Source: Strigamia acuminata (taxonomy: Eukaryota). From it: a DNA stretch of 64,000 nt. Below the pieces are notes generated by a model. It was not told the DNA's origin. It saw nothing but the letters and a program-made list of their open reading frames with translations, and made no database searches. The position numbers and the translations under genes are program-made. Positions within the stretch are counted from its first letter, which is position 1; each line of letters begins with the position of its first letter. Of this stretch, positions 36,219 to 48,900 are shown one piece after another. The DNA lies in the NCBI GenBank assembly GCA_949358305.1, contig OX442314.1:22072001-22136000 (forward strand), in the 5' to 3' direction.

Positions 36219-39200
36219 GGTGCCGAAGGTGCCCCACCGATGTCCACAAAGCAAGTGAAGAACGTTCGGAGCCCTTGACGCTTGGCTATTTTTGCCTGGC
36301 CAATGAGGGCGCAGCATCCCCGGGAGTGTGGTGACGCGAGCGATCACGAGAGTCGATAGTTGCGCCCATTGGTTGTTTTCAGGGGGCGAGGGAGACCGGC
36401 GCCCGAGGGCATGAATCATTTGAATCGTTGGCGTCTGTTGACGGTTGGAAGTCCGTTAAACCCATCCCTTTCCCCCTCGCTTTTACCTCGACGCCCCCAA
36501 CTTCATCTTCTATCAATTTGGTTTTTTTTTTCCTCGGAAAATGTTCGGTTGGTTTTGGGTTGTTTGTTGGCGGGAGTTTTTTTTTTTTTTATATTTTTGT
36601 TTTTAATTTTTTAATTTTTGAAATTTTTAATTTTTGTTTTGGGAAATTGTTTTTTTGAATTAAATTTTAGTGGAAATGAGAGGGTGGGGGTTTTTTAAGC
36701 TGAGGAAATGGTAGATCTTTGGAGTTGATTATCCCTTCTTGGAATTGGTAATGAAGAAGACCTAAATTTGACATGTCAAGTGCGCATGTTCATAGCGATT
36801 TTTGGGTTTGAAGAAATGATGTTGCGAGGTTTAAATTTTTTTTATTTTATTTCTGGGATTTGTACGATGCGGTAAGATGAGTTTTTATCTTCTAATTTTT
36901 TAATTTTTATATTATTTTTTTAAAATTTAGTGATTTTTGTTATTATTATTTTCTTATTTAATAATTTATTTTAGTTTTTGGATTTTTTTTTAATTTTTTT
37001 TTTTTGATTTTATTTTATTTTTTTTTCCAAAATTTTTCAAATGCGGGATAAGGAAAAAGTCGGTTGGGTCTGCGTTTAAATATTTTGATTGTGATTGATG
37101 AGGTTGGATGGATTTGAAATGCAACAGCGAACTAAATTGAAATACTGTCGATTATGTTTTATCTATTTCTATAAAATATAAATTTAGAATGTGCAATCTT
37201 AGATAAATTGAATCGCATGTTGGGACTGAGATTTGCTTTTGTTGTTTTGATGATGTCACGATGCGTGTGTCTCACCTACCTATTTCCTAGAGTGACGTCA
37301 ATGCAAACAGACAAGCACAAACTTGTTACGCTTTGCTGGAAAACTTAACAACACCTAAAAAACACAAACAAAAATATGCTCATTTCAGAAAACATTAAAA
37401 ATAAATTATTTTTTATTTATAATTTATTAAATACTATAAATACCAATTAAAAATAAATATTAACGTGAAAATCATTTTTGACGGTTTTATTTTGTTTTTA
37501 TTTTTAAAATTCGAGTGTATTTATACTTATTTATGATTTATGTCCGATGAAGTTTATTCAACGGTTTTTGTAAAGTGATCTTTGCCGAGTTTTGTTAGGA
37601 ACGTGCTCGTGCGAACGTGTTGGTTATACTCGCTACACGTCACACGAGATAAAGGATTTGGTTTCAAGGTCGTTAACAAGGACAATGAGTTTTGATTGTG
37701 TTTGAAGTGTCAGGTGGAGAAATAGAAAGACAATTCCAATCTACCTGCAATCGCACCTGGTTTCTCAAGTGGAAAACTTCTGCAACAAGACACCCGATCT
37801 TTAATGCTTCTTAAAAACAAAAATAAAAATAAGAATAAAAATGTTGACTCTATTCATTAACAGTTTTCAAATTAATTACTCGAATTTTCAACCGAAAAAA
37901 AAAAAAACTAATTTATTTTTCTGCCAACTGTTGCACAGTTTCCACACCAGACGTCATGTGTTATAAACCCCCACTCCCAGACTGTCTGGTGGATATAGCT
38001 ATCCATCTGGAAATTTCAACACACTGAAGAATTCGTTCTCGAAATACAAATTCCATTTCCCGCTAATGGAAAATTTTATATCAAGAAATTTACGTGAATA
38101 TTCAATATTCGAAAGAAAAATCGCTTTTTAACTCATAAAAATGCAACCACGACTCATTTTAACCTTGTCAGTTGCCATACATTTCCCAGAATTCCAAAAA
38201 ATCATTAAAAATTCATTAGAAAGTGAAGCTTAAGGTTGTGCTTCGTCCTTGATGTTGTCGCGTGCCCGCCTCGTGGCTCAAACTCGCCCCCGCAAAGAAG
38301 GCATGTGCAGGCAAGCTGAAAACCAGACGCACACCCTGAGGGGGGTATGTGCTACTCGAGGATCCACCTCCCTCCTGATCTCTTCGAGGTCAGGGATTTT
38401 TATGCAAACTCATTTCTAACACTTGATTTATTAAAATAAATAACACTTCGTGTGGAATAACAAATTTAAATCGATTTGTCAAGCAAATTAATGCTCGATC
38501 TGAAAGTAATTCCCAAACCAGAGCCAAAAATCGACATTTTTATATAATTTTATTCAACATTTGTTATTCTACAAATGATAATTCGATAATTTGTTGACGT
38601 GAAATGCAGTGGAAACCCTTTTTAAGTTGTTTCCTTCTGCCATTCTAAAATTAGTTTTTGCCACCGAGCAGAGCTGAAAACATTTTTCATCATCTGCAAC
38701 ACATCTCAAATAACATCATAACACTTTATTTTTATCTCAACTCAATGGGGGTTTTCCTGAATTCCAAACATTTGTTTTTTTTTTACTTTTCTTTGTACGA
38801 AAATATCTTTACAGATCAGATAGTTCAAGCAGAGATTTTTAGAAAAGTAAGGATAATAATATTAGTTGTATATTTGTTTATACAATTTTTATTATATACA
38901 TTTGCAATGAATTTATGTCCGCAAGATGGTTTGTAACTGGACACTCTTGAGTTGATGGTTGAAGTGTGTTTGCTCCCCATCCACTGCCCTCCGCAAAGAA
39001 GGGGAAGAAGTTTGTGGGGTATAATCATCAATCTATATAGATTTCAATTGAAATGTGTTCTTCCGGTTGATGGGGGTATATATCGCCCCCTTTTTCCTTT
39101 AAACGTATATCAATAGTTGATGCAAAAACAATTTTAATCCATTATGTAATCGTTGTAATTCGAACCTCAACACACAACATCCGCGCGCTCTTTGTGTACA

Positions 39201-41123
39201 TGAAATATTAACATATTGTTAAGAATTTGAGTCATTCCGTTAGAAAATACCAAACATGCGCTGAAATCCAATTCTTATCGTCAGTTTACGGTGTATATTC
39301 AAACGATACACTAAATTTAAAACAGGTTAGTGAACATTTCTAAAATCTCGATGAAATTGTTAAATTTTTATACTTATAATTATAATTAAAACATTGTCAA
39401 ATGTCGATTCGCCACTATATGCACTTGTGAGTATTTAGCACAGCTGTGCACCCCTTAGTCCAGAGTCCACCAACAGTTGCTTCTCAACAGACCGCCCTTC
39501 TCTTTTTCGAGTCATAAACCTTTGTCCTTATACCTTCGCATCTGGTGAAGCCAGTGCAGGGCCAATAACTTTTCTTTTTACTTAACACTTCTCAAGAACT
39601 GTACTAGATGTTGTATGTACAGCATAGCACTAGATGGGACATTGCCATGGCTTTCTTTATTATGCTAAATAATATTTAAACGAATGGGTATTTTTTTCCG
39701 TCCATTTTTTTGTCTAGTTCGAGTGGACCATTCATTTTTTATTTTTTAAGTGTGTTGGTTTTATGCTTCCTATATTTTGAATGACTACTCGTAGTGATGT
39801 AACCCTTTATTATAATTAGGTGTTTAATATATGCAGTGTTATTTGATTGTGGGATTCAGTGAATTCAAAAGGGTTTTCAAGATTCATAAGCTTTAGGGTT
39901 AACTTGTATATACATCGATTTATATTTTTTGTGTCTTGTGTCGGCTTTAATTTATCTTACTCTTATGAGTTGTGACTTGACATCAAGCGTTAATTTATCT
40001 AATCTGAACCTCCTACGGTAATTTGTTCACCTGTGTGCATTCACATTAAGATCCAAAAGTTCAAGTAGTAAATTCCTACTAAATTTGATTACCGTGTGTT
40101 AACATTAAATCATAAACACCTGACTGGGGTTTGTCACAATTGTATTCTATTTATCATTTACAGTGTATGTATAAGCTCATATTATTCTAAGAACTATAAA
40201 TGTGCATTCACTTAGGATCCGTAAATTCCTTTTCACACTTTTGTTTACTTTAAATTTTCCTCGATTGTTTCACTGCAGGTGGTCTGTGAAACACGTAAAT
40301 TAAATCAATATTGGTCAAGATTTTGAGGTTTATGAAAAAATTTCAATTTCAATTTTTTTAAATTGTTTTTTCGTGTAATTTTTATGGGAGTGAAGACATT
40401 TTAGACATTCTGGACATTCTGGACGTTCTAGAATGTCCATATTTCCTGATGATAAACACCTGGATAATTACATGAAGATAGTTTGTTACCTGTTTGCATT
40501 CCATTATCAATTTTATCATTTGAATATTTTTTTTTATCCTTTCAACTTTGCGCTCATGTTATTCTATAAGATAGTTAGTATTTCATTTTAAAGAGGCTTT
40601 ATTTTTTTTTTAATCCAGGAAGCCCTTCCCTAAAATGAAACATGGGGTTCATTGAGTAAGGTGTGCCTCATGGCGTCCACAGGAAAAGGAAATACTTGGA
40701 CTAGTTCAGAAATTTATGCGCAAAAAACGAAATGGTTGAAATGCTACGTAAACGAAAGTGAAATTTAATTTTTCTTTCGTTCTTAATTCTTATCTGAATT
40801 CATCTAACAGAGAAAAAAATCAGATTTTGACACTATTTGATCGGTATTTTATTCACTAGGACGTAATTAAGAAAAATAATCGTCTTTGGAACAAAGAATT
40901 TTTTTTTTCCACTTGAACTTTGAATCAAATTTGAATAAACAAAAAATCGACCATTCACAGGATAGAATGAGTAGATAAAGAGTTAACATCTTTCCCTCAT
41001 TGCTCAACGCCACCCATTTTGTAACCTTGCTTTCAACCTCCTTCACTTTCATTGGTCCGACATTACATTCACTTATTATACTTCATTTTCTATACCGAAA
41101 TATTGTTTTATCATTTCCCGCAG

Positions 41124-41364
41124 ATCTATTTATTCATCCTCATGCAACATTTCGGCGACACTCGTCCACTGAGCGTGAAAAAAGAGGAAAATCTCCGATT
41201 TTGTCTCGACGCGATTGAAAATGATGCAAAAATGGTCGAAGCCAGATACAGCTTTAACCCCTTAACGGAAGAGGGTTTGCCCCGAGTACCCTTTTCCAAC
41301 GAAGAAATACCTGAGACATCGCGTAGAAACCAACACCCGAACTTAGATGTAGAACAAATCACAG
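41124..41364 (+). CDS. Divergent Cip/Kip (CDI-domain)-like exon, second CKI paralog or relic
   Basis: Acceptor tttcccgcag at 41123, ATG at 41142, donor ACAG|gtaaat at 41365. VKKEENLRFCLDAIENDAKMVEARYSFNPLTEEGL aligns without gaps to VDHEQTRRLLHREMARISRQDTKRWNFNFKSEKPL of the neighbouring CKI, and the exon ends in IT plus a phase-1 intron exactly as that gene does. Confidence 0.6.
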
Positions 41365-42249
41365 GTAAATTCCTAATTGACTAATCTGTTTAATTCGAAA
41401 GTGGTGAATACGATGGAGGAAATTGTAAAATTGGTTTAGGGTTATATGTAAATAGAACTGCATGTGGTATGTTGCGTATAAGGAAATATACAGATGTTCA
41501 TTTCCGCATCTTCCTGCCCCCCTTTGATGCCTTCTTTGATGTATTGTGGTCGCTTTGTGTGGATAATCCCTTTGCGCACCAAAAACTCATACTGTGACGG
41601 TGTCCAGTAGCAGACAGGTGTCGTGTGCCACAGAATTGACCCTTTTTACCCCAAAAACGTTTCACATATCACATGTACCCCATGCTGGACTGGACAAATT
41701 GACCAGATGGACTCGAACTCCTCCTCCATTTCCTTCTCAATTCTTTCGCTTCATTGAATTTTTCGAGGTTTTTTTTTTTTTTTTTGAGAAAAAAAATATT
41801 ACTTGGTGTCCGGTTTCAAAATTATTATAAACAAACTCTTGAGGGATCTTTAGTTCTTGTTTTTGTTTGGAATAAAAAAATATCAACTGAACTAACAGAC
41901 CGGAAATGAGCTTTTTGGAAGACGAGTTTGCATTTCAATCAGTGAATTCCGTCCAGTCCTTCTTGGGGAATATTTTTTTTGTGAATTTTAAGAAAAAAAG
42001 TGAAAAATATTCCCCAGCTGAGTGAGTAATGTCGTCATTGGATGATGATGAGGTCACTTATCACACTATGGGGTTCTCTTTTGTTTCTCTTGGGGGTGGA
42101 GAACTTATTTTCAACTTGGTTGCCCCCCTTGTAGCAGAATGCAGAAGCATCTGGAAAATCGAAGGGTAACACCTGTCATTTATAGATCAATTTGACAATT
42201 TGTTTAGTTATTTATGGTTGTTGTTTTTTAGATTTTTATTTTATTATTT

Positions 42250-42445
42250 ATTTTTTGTGTTTTTAAATTATTTTTTATTTTGTTTTTATTTGTTGTGTTC
42301 TAAAAATTATTTTTTATTTTCTTTTTCTTTTTTGTGTTCTTAAATTATTTTTTATTTTGTTTATATTTGTTGTGTTCTTAAATTATTTTTTATTTTGTTT
42401 TTATTTTTTGTGTTCTTAAATTATTTTTTATTTTATTTTTATTTT
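42250..42445. repeat. AT-rich minisatellite, ~38 bp units (aaattattttttattttgtt..tgtgttctt)
   Basis: About five imperfect tandem copies. Confidence 0.75.
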
Positions 42446-44397
42446 TTCCTTTTAAAAATATTTGTAAATGATGATTGTTGATTACTCGACAGCTGTTCTG
42501 AATGCATTTAACGCTTAGTGACAAGACAATCTTAAGATGATCATTCATCCACTTGGAGATGAGTTTAGTATAAAAAATTGCTTCGTTTAATCACGTTTAT
42601 TTATTTTTTGTTTCATATTGATGTATTTTGGGCGAGAAAAGCAAATGGCGGCGAAAATAATACAGTTCTGCAAAAAAATATTTGGTTTAGGCAAACAAAG
42701 ATAATTTTTATCGAGAACTTTATTCTGCTTTCTAAAACATCCGAAACTTTGTTATGACGTGCACATTTTCTAAAATAATATAATAACAGAAAATTAATTT
42801 TTCTAATCATTTGTATGCACAAATACTGATTGTGATTTCCAAATGCGTTTCTAGTAGAGGAAATAGAAAAAGTTAAATAAGAAGATTAAGCTTATCTATA
42901 CTTTATTTTTTTTTAAAAGTTAAATGATAACCATAGTATATGCTGAACGGAAATAAGTCTTAGGACTCAAGCCTTTCAGTGTTTTTAATTCCTAGATCGA
43001 GGCCAAGACCCACAGATGCGCTGTAATTAAACAATAATTTTAATAATGCTTTTTAATGATAGAGAAGAAGCTTAGATTCGTTCCAAATTAAAATTAGTTG
43101 CGGTATGCCACATTTTCTTTAAATTTCTTGACAAGCGTGTACGTATAGGCTTGCACAGGGCGCAACAGATGGCAACCACGGTCGTTCATGTCAGAATATT
43201 GAAAACATGGCGAAAAATAATATGATAATCATAATGTGATTTGTATCGATCTTACACGAAATTGACATTTGTTTAGAGCAGCACGCCACTTAATGAAAAT
43301 TAAACGTGAGTTTTTTTTTTTTTCTATCGGTAATCGACTTTATATGTCAAATCATGCCTAATCTGTACACCTAATGATGCGATGCTTATCTTTTCCCTCT
43401 CATCCTTCAAGCAGCTGCCAATTTGCACGTGCTCCGAGACCCGATTTGCATGAAATTGCAAGATATGGTTTTAAAAGATTGCCAGTTAACTAAATTGCAA
43501 TATTTTTTTTTAAATTCAATTTTAAAATTAATTTTAAATGTAATTTTTTGACAAAATGAAATTAAAAGTTGTCATTAATGGTGGTTGAAAGGCAATGTCT
43601 CGTGGTTTGATTTTGATGGAGTTTTGGCTTGCCCCTTGATCTCAGTCCACTTATCTAAACCATCGGCTATTTGACTTTGATTCATGTCTTGTAATTGGAC
43701 ACAATAAGACGCCATAAGGCACCTAATGGCCTCATTTAGCTTGCCATTTTGATCATTTTATGGCACGTTCGCGTCCAGTCTACTTCGCTACCCATCTGTT
43801 TTGCCAGTTGATTTTACAACATGCGTCACTTAGTGCCATTAAACATTACCCAAAAGTGATAGTAAAATTTTTTTGTTTGGAAATTGGTTGTAGGAGGAGA
43901 AAAGGGTGTCTTCTTTTGCAAATCACTCGTAGAATGACTTGCTAAATAGTGGAATCATTAGTGAATGCTCTTGAGCAATGATGAAAAATGATGTGGCTTT
44001 TGTTAGTGGATAAAAAGATAACATTATATAGTTTGTTTTAGACGTTTGGTTATATAAGAATAAAGTCGATTTATTGTAGTATTGTTATTCAATCAAATAA
44101 TAATTTATTTTAATGTTTAACGGTTTTTTTTTGTTATTTAATTTGAGCAGGTTTATTTAGAATTTTGTACGTTGGAAATGTTTGTAAAAAAAATGGCGGA
44201 TACGTAGTCGGAATCGGGTTTGCGAATTATTTTACATTTATACTGGTCAAACATACATGTATAACCATGTGAAAAAAAGCGATTTGATTCGTTTACATGT
44301 TAATCTCAATCGTTTGACAAAAAAAATTAAAATTTTTAGTTGTGAAAAGCCCAAAAGTTCATAAATTGAAATATTGAAAATGTTGAAAATGTTTGAA

Positions 44398-44530
44398 AAT
44401 TAAGACATTTTTAAAAAATAAAACGTTTTAAAAAAAATAAGACATTTTAAAAAAAATACGTCAGTTTAAAAAATAAGACATTTTTAAAAAATGAGACATT
44501 TTAAAAAAATAAAAACATTTTAAAAAAATA
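44398..44530. repeat. Minisatellite, ~19-20 bp units (aataagacattttaaaaa)
   Basis: About six to seven imperfect tandem copies. Confidence 0.8.
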
Positions 44531-45734
44531 TTTTTTTTTTATACATTTAGAATTTAAAAAAAATAAAGTTATAATTAATTTAGAAGTTTTCGAAAATGTA
44601 ATCATATTTCACTTTATTTCATTGCAATCTCATCCTGCACTCAAACTCAAAATCAATTCACAACGGAAACAAAATGTAATCTGAAATTGCATCAATGGAT
44701 CAAACAGTTTGTTATATCGTACATGCAATTTAAGATCTACACGTGTTTATGCTCTCCAAATCCGGCGTCCTTTTTTTTCCATTTAAACTCCCTCACTCCA
44801 GGTGCAATGATGACTTGTATTCTTGCACCAACAATTAATTGTAAATTTTCATCAACTAAAAAAAAAATAGACAGTCGACGCGTGTTTAATGATGTTGCAA
44901 TCACATGGTTAAACTCCACCTTTGTTGTGATATTTTTACCTGAGCGTCCCTTTGTACAACTTTGATTGGATGCCCAACACCTGCCTTTATGCCCCATACC
45001 GGTTCATATTGCAGTTACCCTGCTGAAGGAGCATCAGTTGAGGGTGTGGACACGAGTTGCGGGTGCGCGAGACCAAAAATGCAGCTGTGGATAAGGAGAA
45101 TTAGTCTCTGATGCGGGTTAGGCAGCTGAAGCTTGAAACAAAGATCGGGGCGCCATGTTGGGGGCGCGTGCCGTACTTTGATAGCATCAATGGTATTAAT
45201 ATTTTACAGTACAAGGCGTAAACATGCCATTTAAAACATACGAGCGTCTTGAAATGATTGTGAGAGGCAAATTTCTTTAGAAATATCGGTTCGGGCCTGG
45301 TTTATTTTGGAATGTGGGTAATTTACATGGAGAAGTGAAGTGTTTGGGCTCGAGTGTACGCCACTCAGTCGAGAATTAGATGTGTTATACAAGGATTGTT
45401 ATTGTTGTGTTTGTAGCCAATCATGTTGGTCTGGCCTCAAGCTGGTAGTTGCAGCCCATAAGACCCAACCCAAGCAATCCCGCAATAAAATGTCACGGTG
45501 CGAAGCTCAATTTGGACTGTGAACAATGAATTATATATACGTGGCAAATGTTTGAAAGCCTAAAGGCGGAGTTGCATGGCATCTCGTATTGCATTGATGG
45601 GAAAAATGTCATAATGATGCGGCCTTGTGTGTTGTGTGATCTGCAGCAGCCTCTTCTTTGGTTTTCAATTTGTTTTGAAGTCAAATTTATTTAATTTGTT
45701 TGAAAAGGTTAAATTAGTGAGTTTTAATAAACAT

Positions 45735-45960
45735 GCAGAAAAAAATAGGAAGTTGGACTTAAACAAGAAGAAAAGATAGGAAATTGTGTTTAAATAAGCA
45801 GAAAAAATAGGAGATTGTAATTAAAGAAGAAGAAAAGATAGGAAATTGTACTTAAACAAGCAGAAAAGATAGGAAATTGTACTTAAACAAGCAGAAAAGA
45901 TAGGAAATTGTCCTTAAAGAAGCAGAAAAGATAGGAAATTGTACGTAAACAAGCAGAAAA
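45735..45960. repeat. Minisatellite, ~7 x 31 bp (gcagaaaagataggaaattgtacttaaacaa)
   Basis: Directly visible tandem units. Confidence 0.9.
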
Positions 45961-48900
45961 AACAAATTGTTCTGAGAATAAATTTTTTTTCCTTCTAAAA
46001 TATAAACCTTCGCCAGTCAAATTCGTGCAGGAATCTGAAAATTCATCTCACCAAAAATTTTCTCATGAAGGACAAAATAAAATAGCAAAACACACGAAAA
46101 CAATAGATAAAATCATAAATTTATACACAGGAATGAAATACCATAGGAAAATTGCAATTAGCGGGTTCCAAAATCAGATTACAGCTGTAAAATTATGAGA
46201 ACAATTTTCAGATGTTGTCAGCAGTCAGTAATAAGCAACATTTGCTGAAGCTTAGCGAATCTGAAACACGATAAGCCATCTGCAGATGTTCGCTTTAGGA
46301 GCAATATGGAGGAAAATAATTCATAGTCTCCTATATTGAGTATGAGGGCAATAATCAACTCAGATTTAGTGCGCGCAGCAAAGCTGTCCAAACCCCCTCT
46401 CGACGCGCAGCCTTTTAACATCTGGGCAAAGTCGTAATTTAAGGTTAAAAAAAAATGTTGTGGACCACCTTAAATTTCATGTACCGTATCTTTTTGCAGA
46501 TGTTAACACTAAACGAAGGAAAGAATTCAGTTATTTGTCACAATTTTGACTGACGGGTGTGGTAATGTCACGTTGTTATTTACAATTTACTCCTTTATTG
46601 TGTCATCCTCAGATTGGGTGTAGCAAAAATGAGGCATTCTTTTTATTTTGTTTGACACGTCCTGGGCGGACGCGACAAGTATAGGGTTCGGTGTGTTCAA
46701 AACGGGTAATTTACGCGACCAGGTGGACAACATCTTGTTGAAACTAATTAATGTGTCGTTCAACGGAATCGAAGTTGTGAAAATTGGTTAAAAATTGGTA
46801 AACATGTTTTTATTATTTATTTTTTTTCGGTTTTACAATATATAGTTTAAACAAGTGTAAAATTAGTTTTATTTAAAGTCAGAACTGTGGATTTTTGATT
46901 TATTATTTGTGCAACGATAGGTTTGATGAGGTGATTTCTAAATTTCAATTTATTTTGCTGTCATTTGATAAGATATATTCTTGTATGAAAAGAGCAGATA
47001 ACACAGTGAATTTTACTTTTTTTTAGATGTCAATAACTCAATATATCACGAAATAGTGGCTTTGACTTATGGTATCTTGACATACGAGCTGTTTGTTCCA
47101 TTTGATTTATGTTTACCAAGACAATTTTTTTTTGTCTGTAAGCAGATTAATTTTAGGATATAATTTTCTTCTTCTTTTTTTTCTTTCTTTTAAATTTCTC
47201 TAATAAATATTAAATTAAGTACGTAAAGTGTAAAGTTTATGTGTGTATTTATTAATGAACATTAAATATGACAGATGTTTAATAAAAGAGTGTAAGTTTG
47301 AGGATTACAAAGTAATTTGTAATAATAATTCTGCACAAATTGCAATTTATTACATTCAGATCTTTTTTTTTTGTATTAATTTAGAAAAAATAATTTTATT
47401 TTCGTGATGTTACGGACAACTTTTCAAATGCAATTATTTTAATAACAAGTTGAAAGTGTTGATTTTGTAATTTTATGTTTTCCTCCCCTTATTTAGTTGC
47501 CATAGTTACCAGGCATTAGTTCGAAGGTCACATCCGGCGTTGCCTTCAAAATGCACTTCCTGTCCCCATCAAACCACGAATTTTTCAAATTTCAATAACT
47601 GAAATGGCGTTTATACTAAATTGATACGGTATGTTTTATTGAAACAGCATTGCTGAAATTATTCATTTACATTATCGAGTTTTATTTATTAAACAAAACA
47701 AATCGCATTAAAATAGACACACAAAAATAAAAATACAAGTTGCATTTGATTAGATTTTGATGTAAACTTGTAATTTCAATGTGAAATTTCTCACAACTGT
47801 CACCTCACAAGTGACAATCATTTTTCAAATTCTCAGGTAATGATTTAAATGAATTTTGTTAGTGCTTGGGCTAGTGGCTAGGATATCCTCATTGGGCACA
47901 ACCAGGAAGAAGATTGTCAAACGAGAGATGAAAGAAAACCTTTCTGTTTTGACAACTTAATGCGAACCAAGTTTAATTATTGTTACATTTACAATTACAC
48001 GCGGAAAGATATTTTGACATTTGCCTTCTTTAAGTTCACATACACATGTTTTTCAACGAGTTGGCACTCGGGATTTTTTACGAATATTATTTTAATTAAT
48101 TAATCCGACGGATTCAATGTAAATTCATTTTGGGAAATGACTCACAAAGTGGTTTTATTTAATGTTGTGGTTTTGACATTAGTCATTGTATTGTTTCATC
48201 TCCATTCATGGATATCTTGCAATCAGCATCAGATTAGCTAAACATTTTATTTTTATTCTCTCCTAATTTGGTGGCTTCCTGTTTTCTATCACGTAATTAT
48301 GAATATGAAAAAATTGAGAATTGGATCGGCCCTATTAATTCTGGTCAAAGGGGTTATCACGAGACATTAAGCAGACGATTTAATTTGTTTTTCAGTGTGC
48401 TTCGTTTTTATTTTTAGTTAAAAACAAAAGAAAAATGTGATATCCGATATCTTTGAGTTAAAAATCTGTGTTTACACGAGATTTAGTCGCGGATTTAACT
48501 CCGTTTTCATGCGGATCCAGACTCTGTTCACCGGAGAAGGTTCGCACTCCTGAAAATCTCAGACATTTTAAGTGTGGCGCATTTTCCCGTGGTTTTTCTT
48601 AATGAAATTGAAAATAAATGCGTCTAAAATTGATGCAGTAAATCACGTAGATTGTATATGATAGTTTATAGCTTCTGAGAATCTAGGATTATTTTTATTC
48701 GAATTTGGGGGAGGAAGATTTAAAGTCGTTTACTTTATTCCAAACATGTAGGAGTGAGTTTATAACGTGGAAATAAAACCGTTTGAATCATTATCTCATT
48801 ACTTTTTTCTTCGTTTTATCCCCACTCTTTGTCACGAAAGAACAACTCGGTCATTTAAACTCCAAGGCCAAAGCAAATCTTAGATTCGTTTGCTCGGGTG

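Noticed and set aside
35635..36334. Plus-strand ORFs of 186, 112 and 86 aa
   Set aside because: Antisense to the GC-rich CKI exon; no recognisable features.
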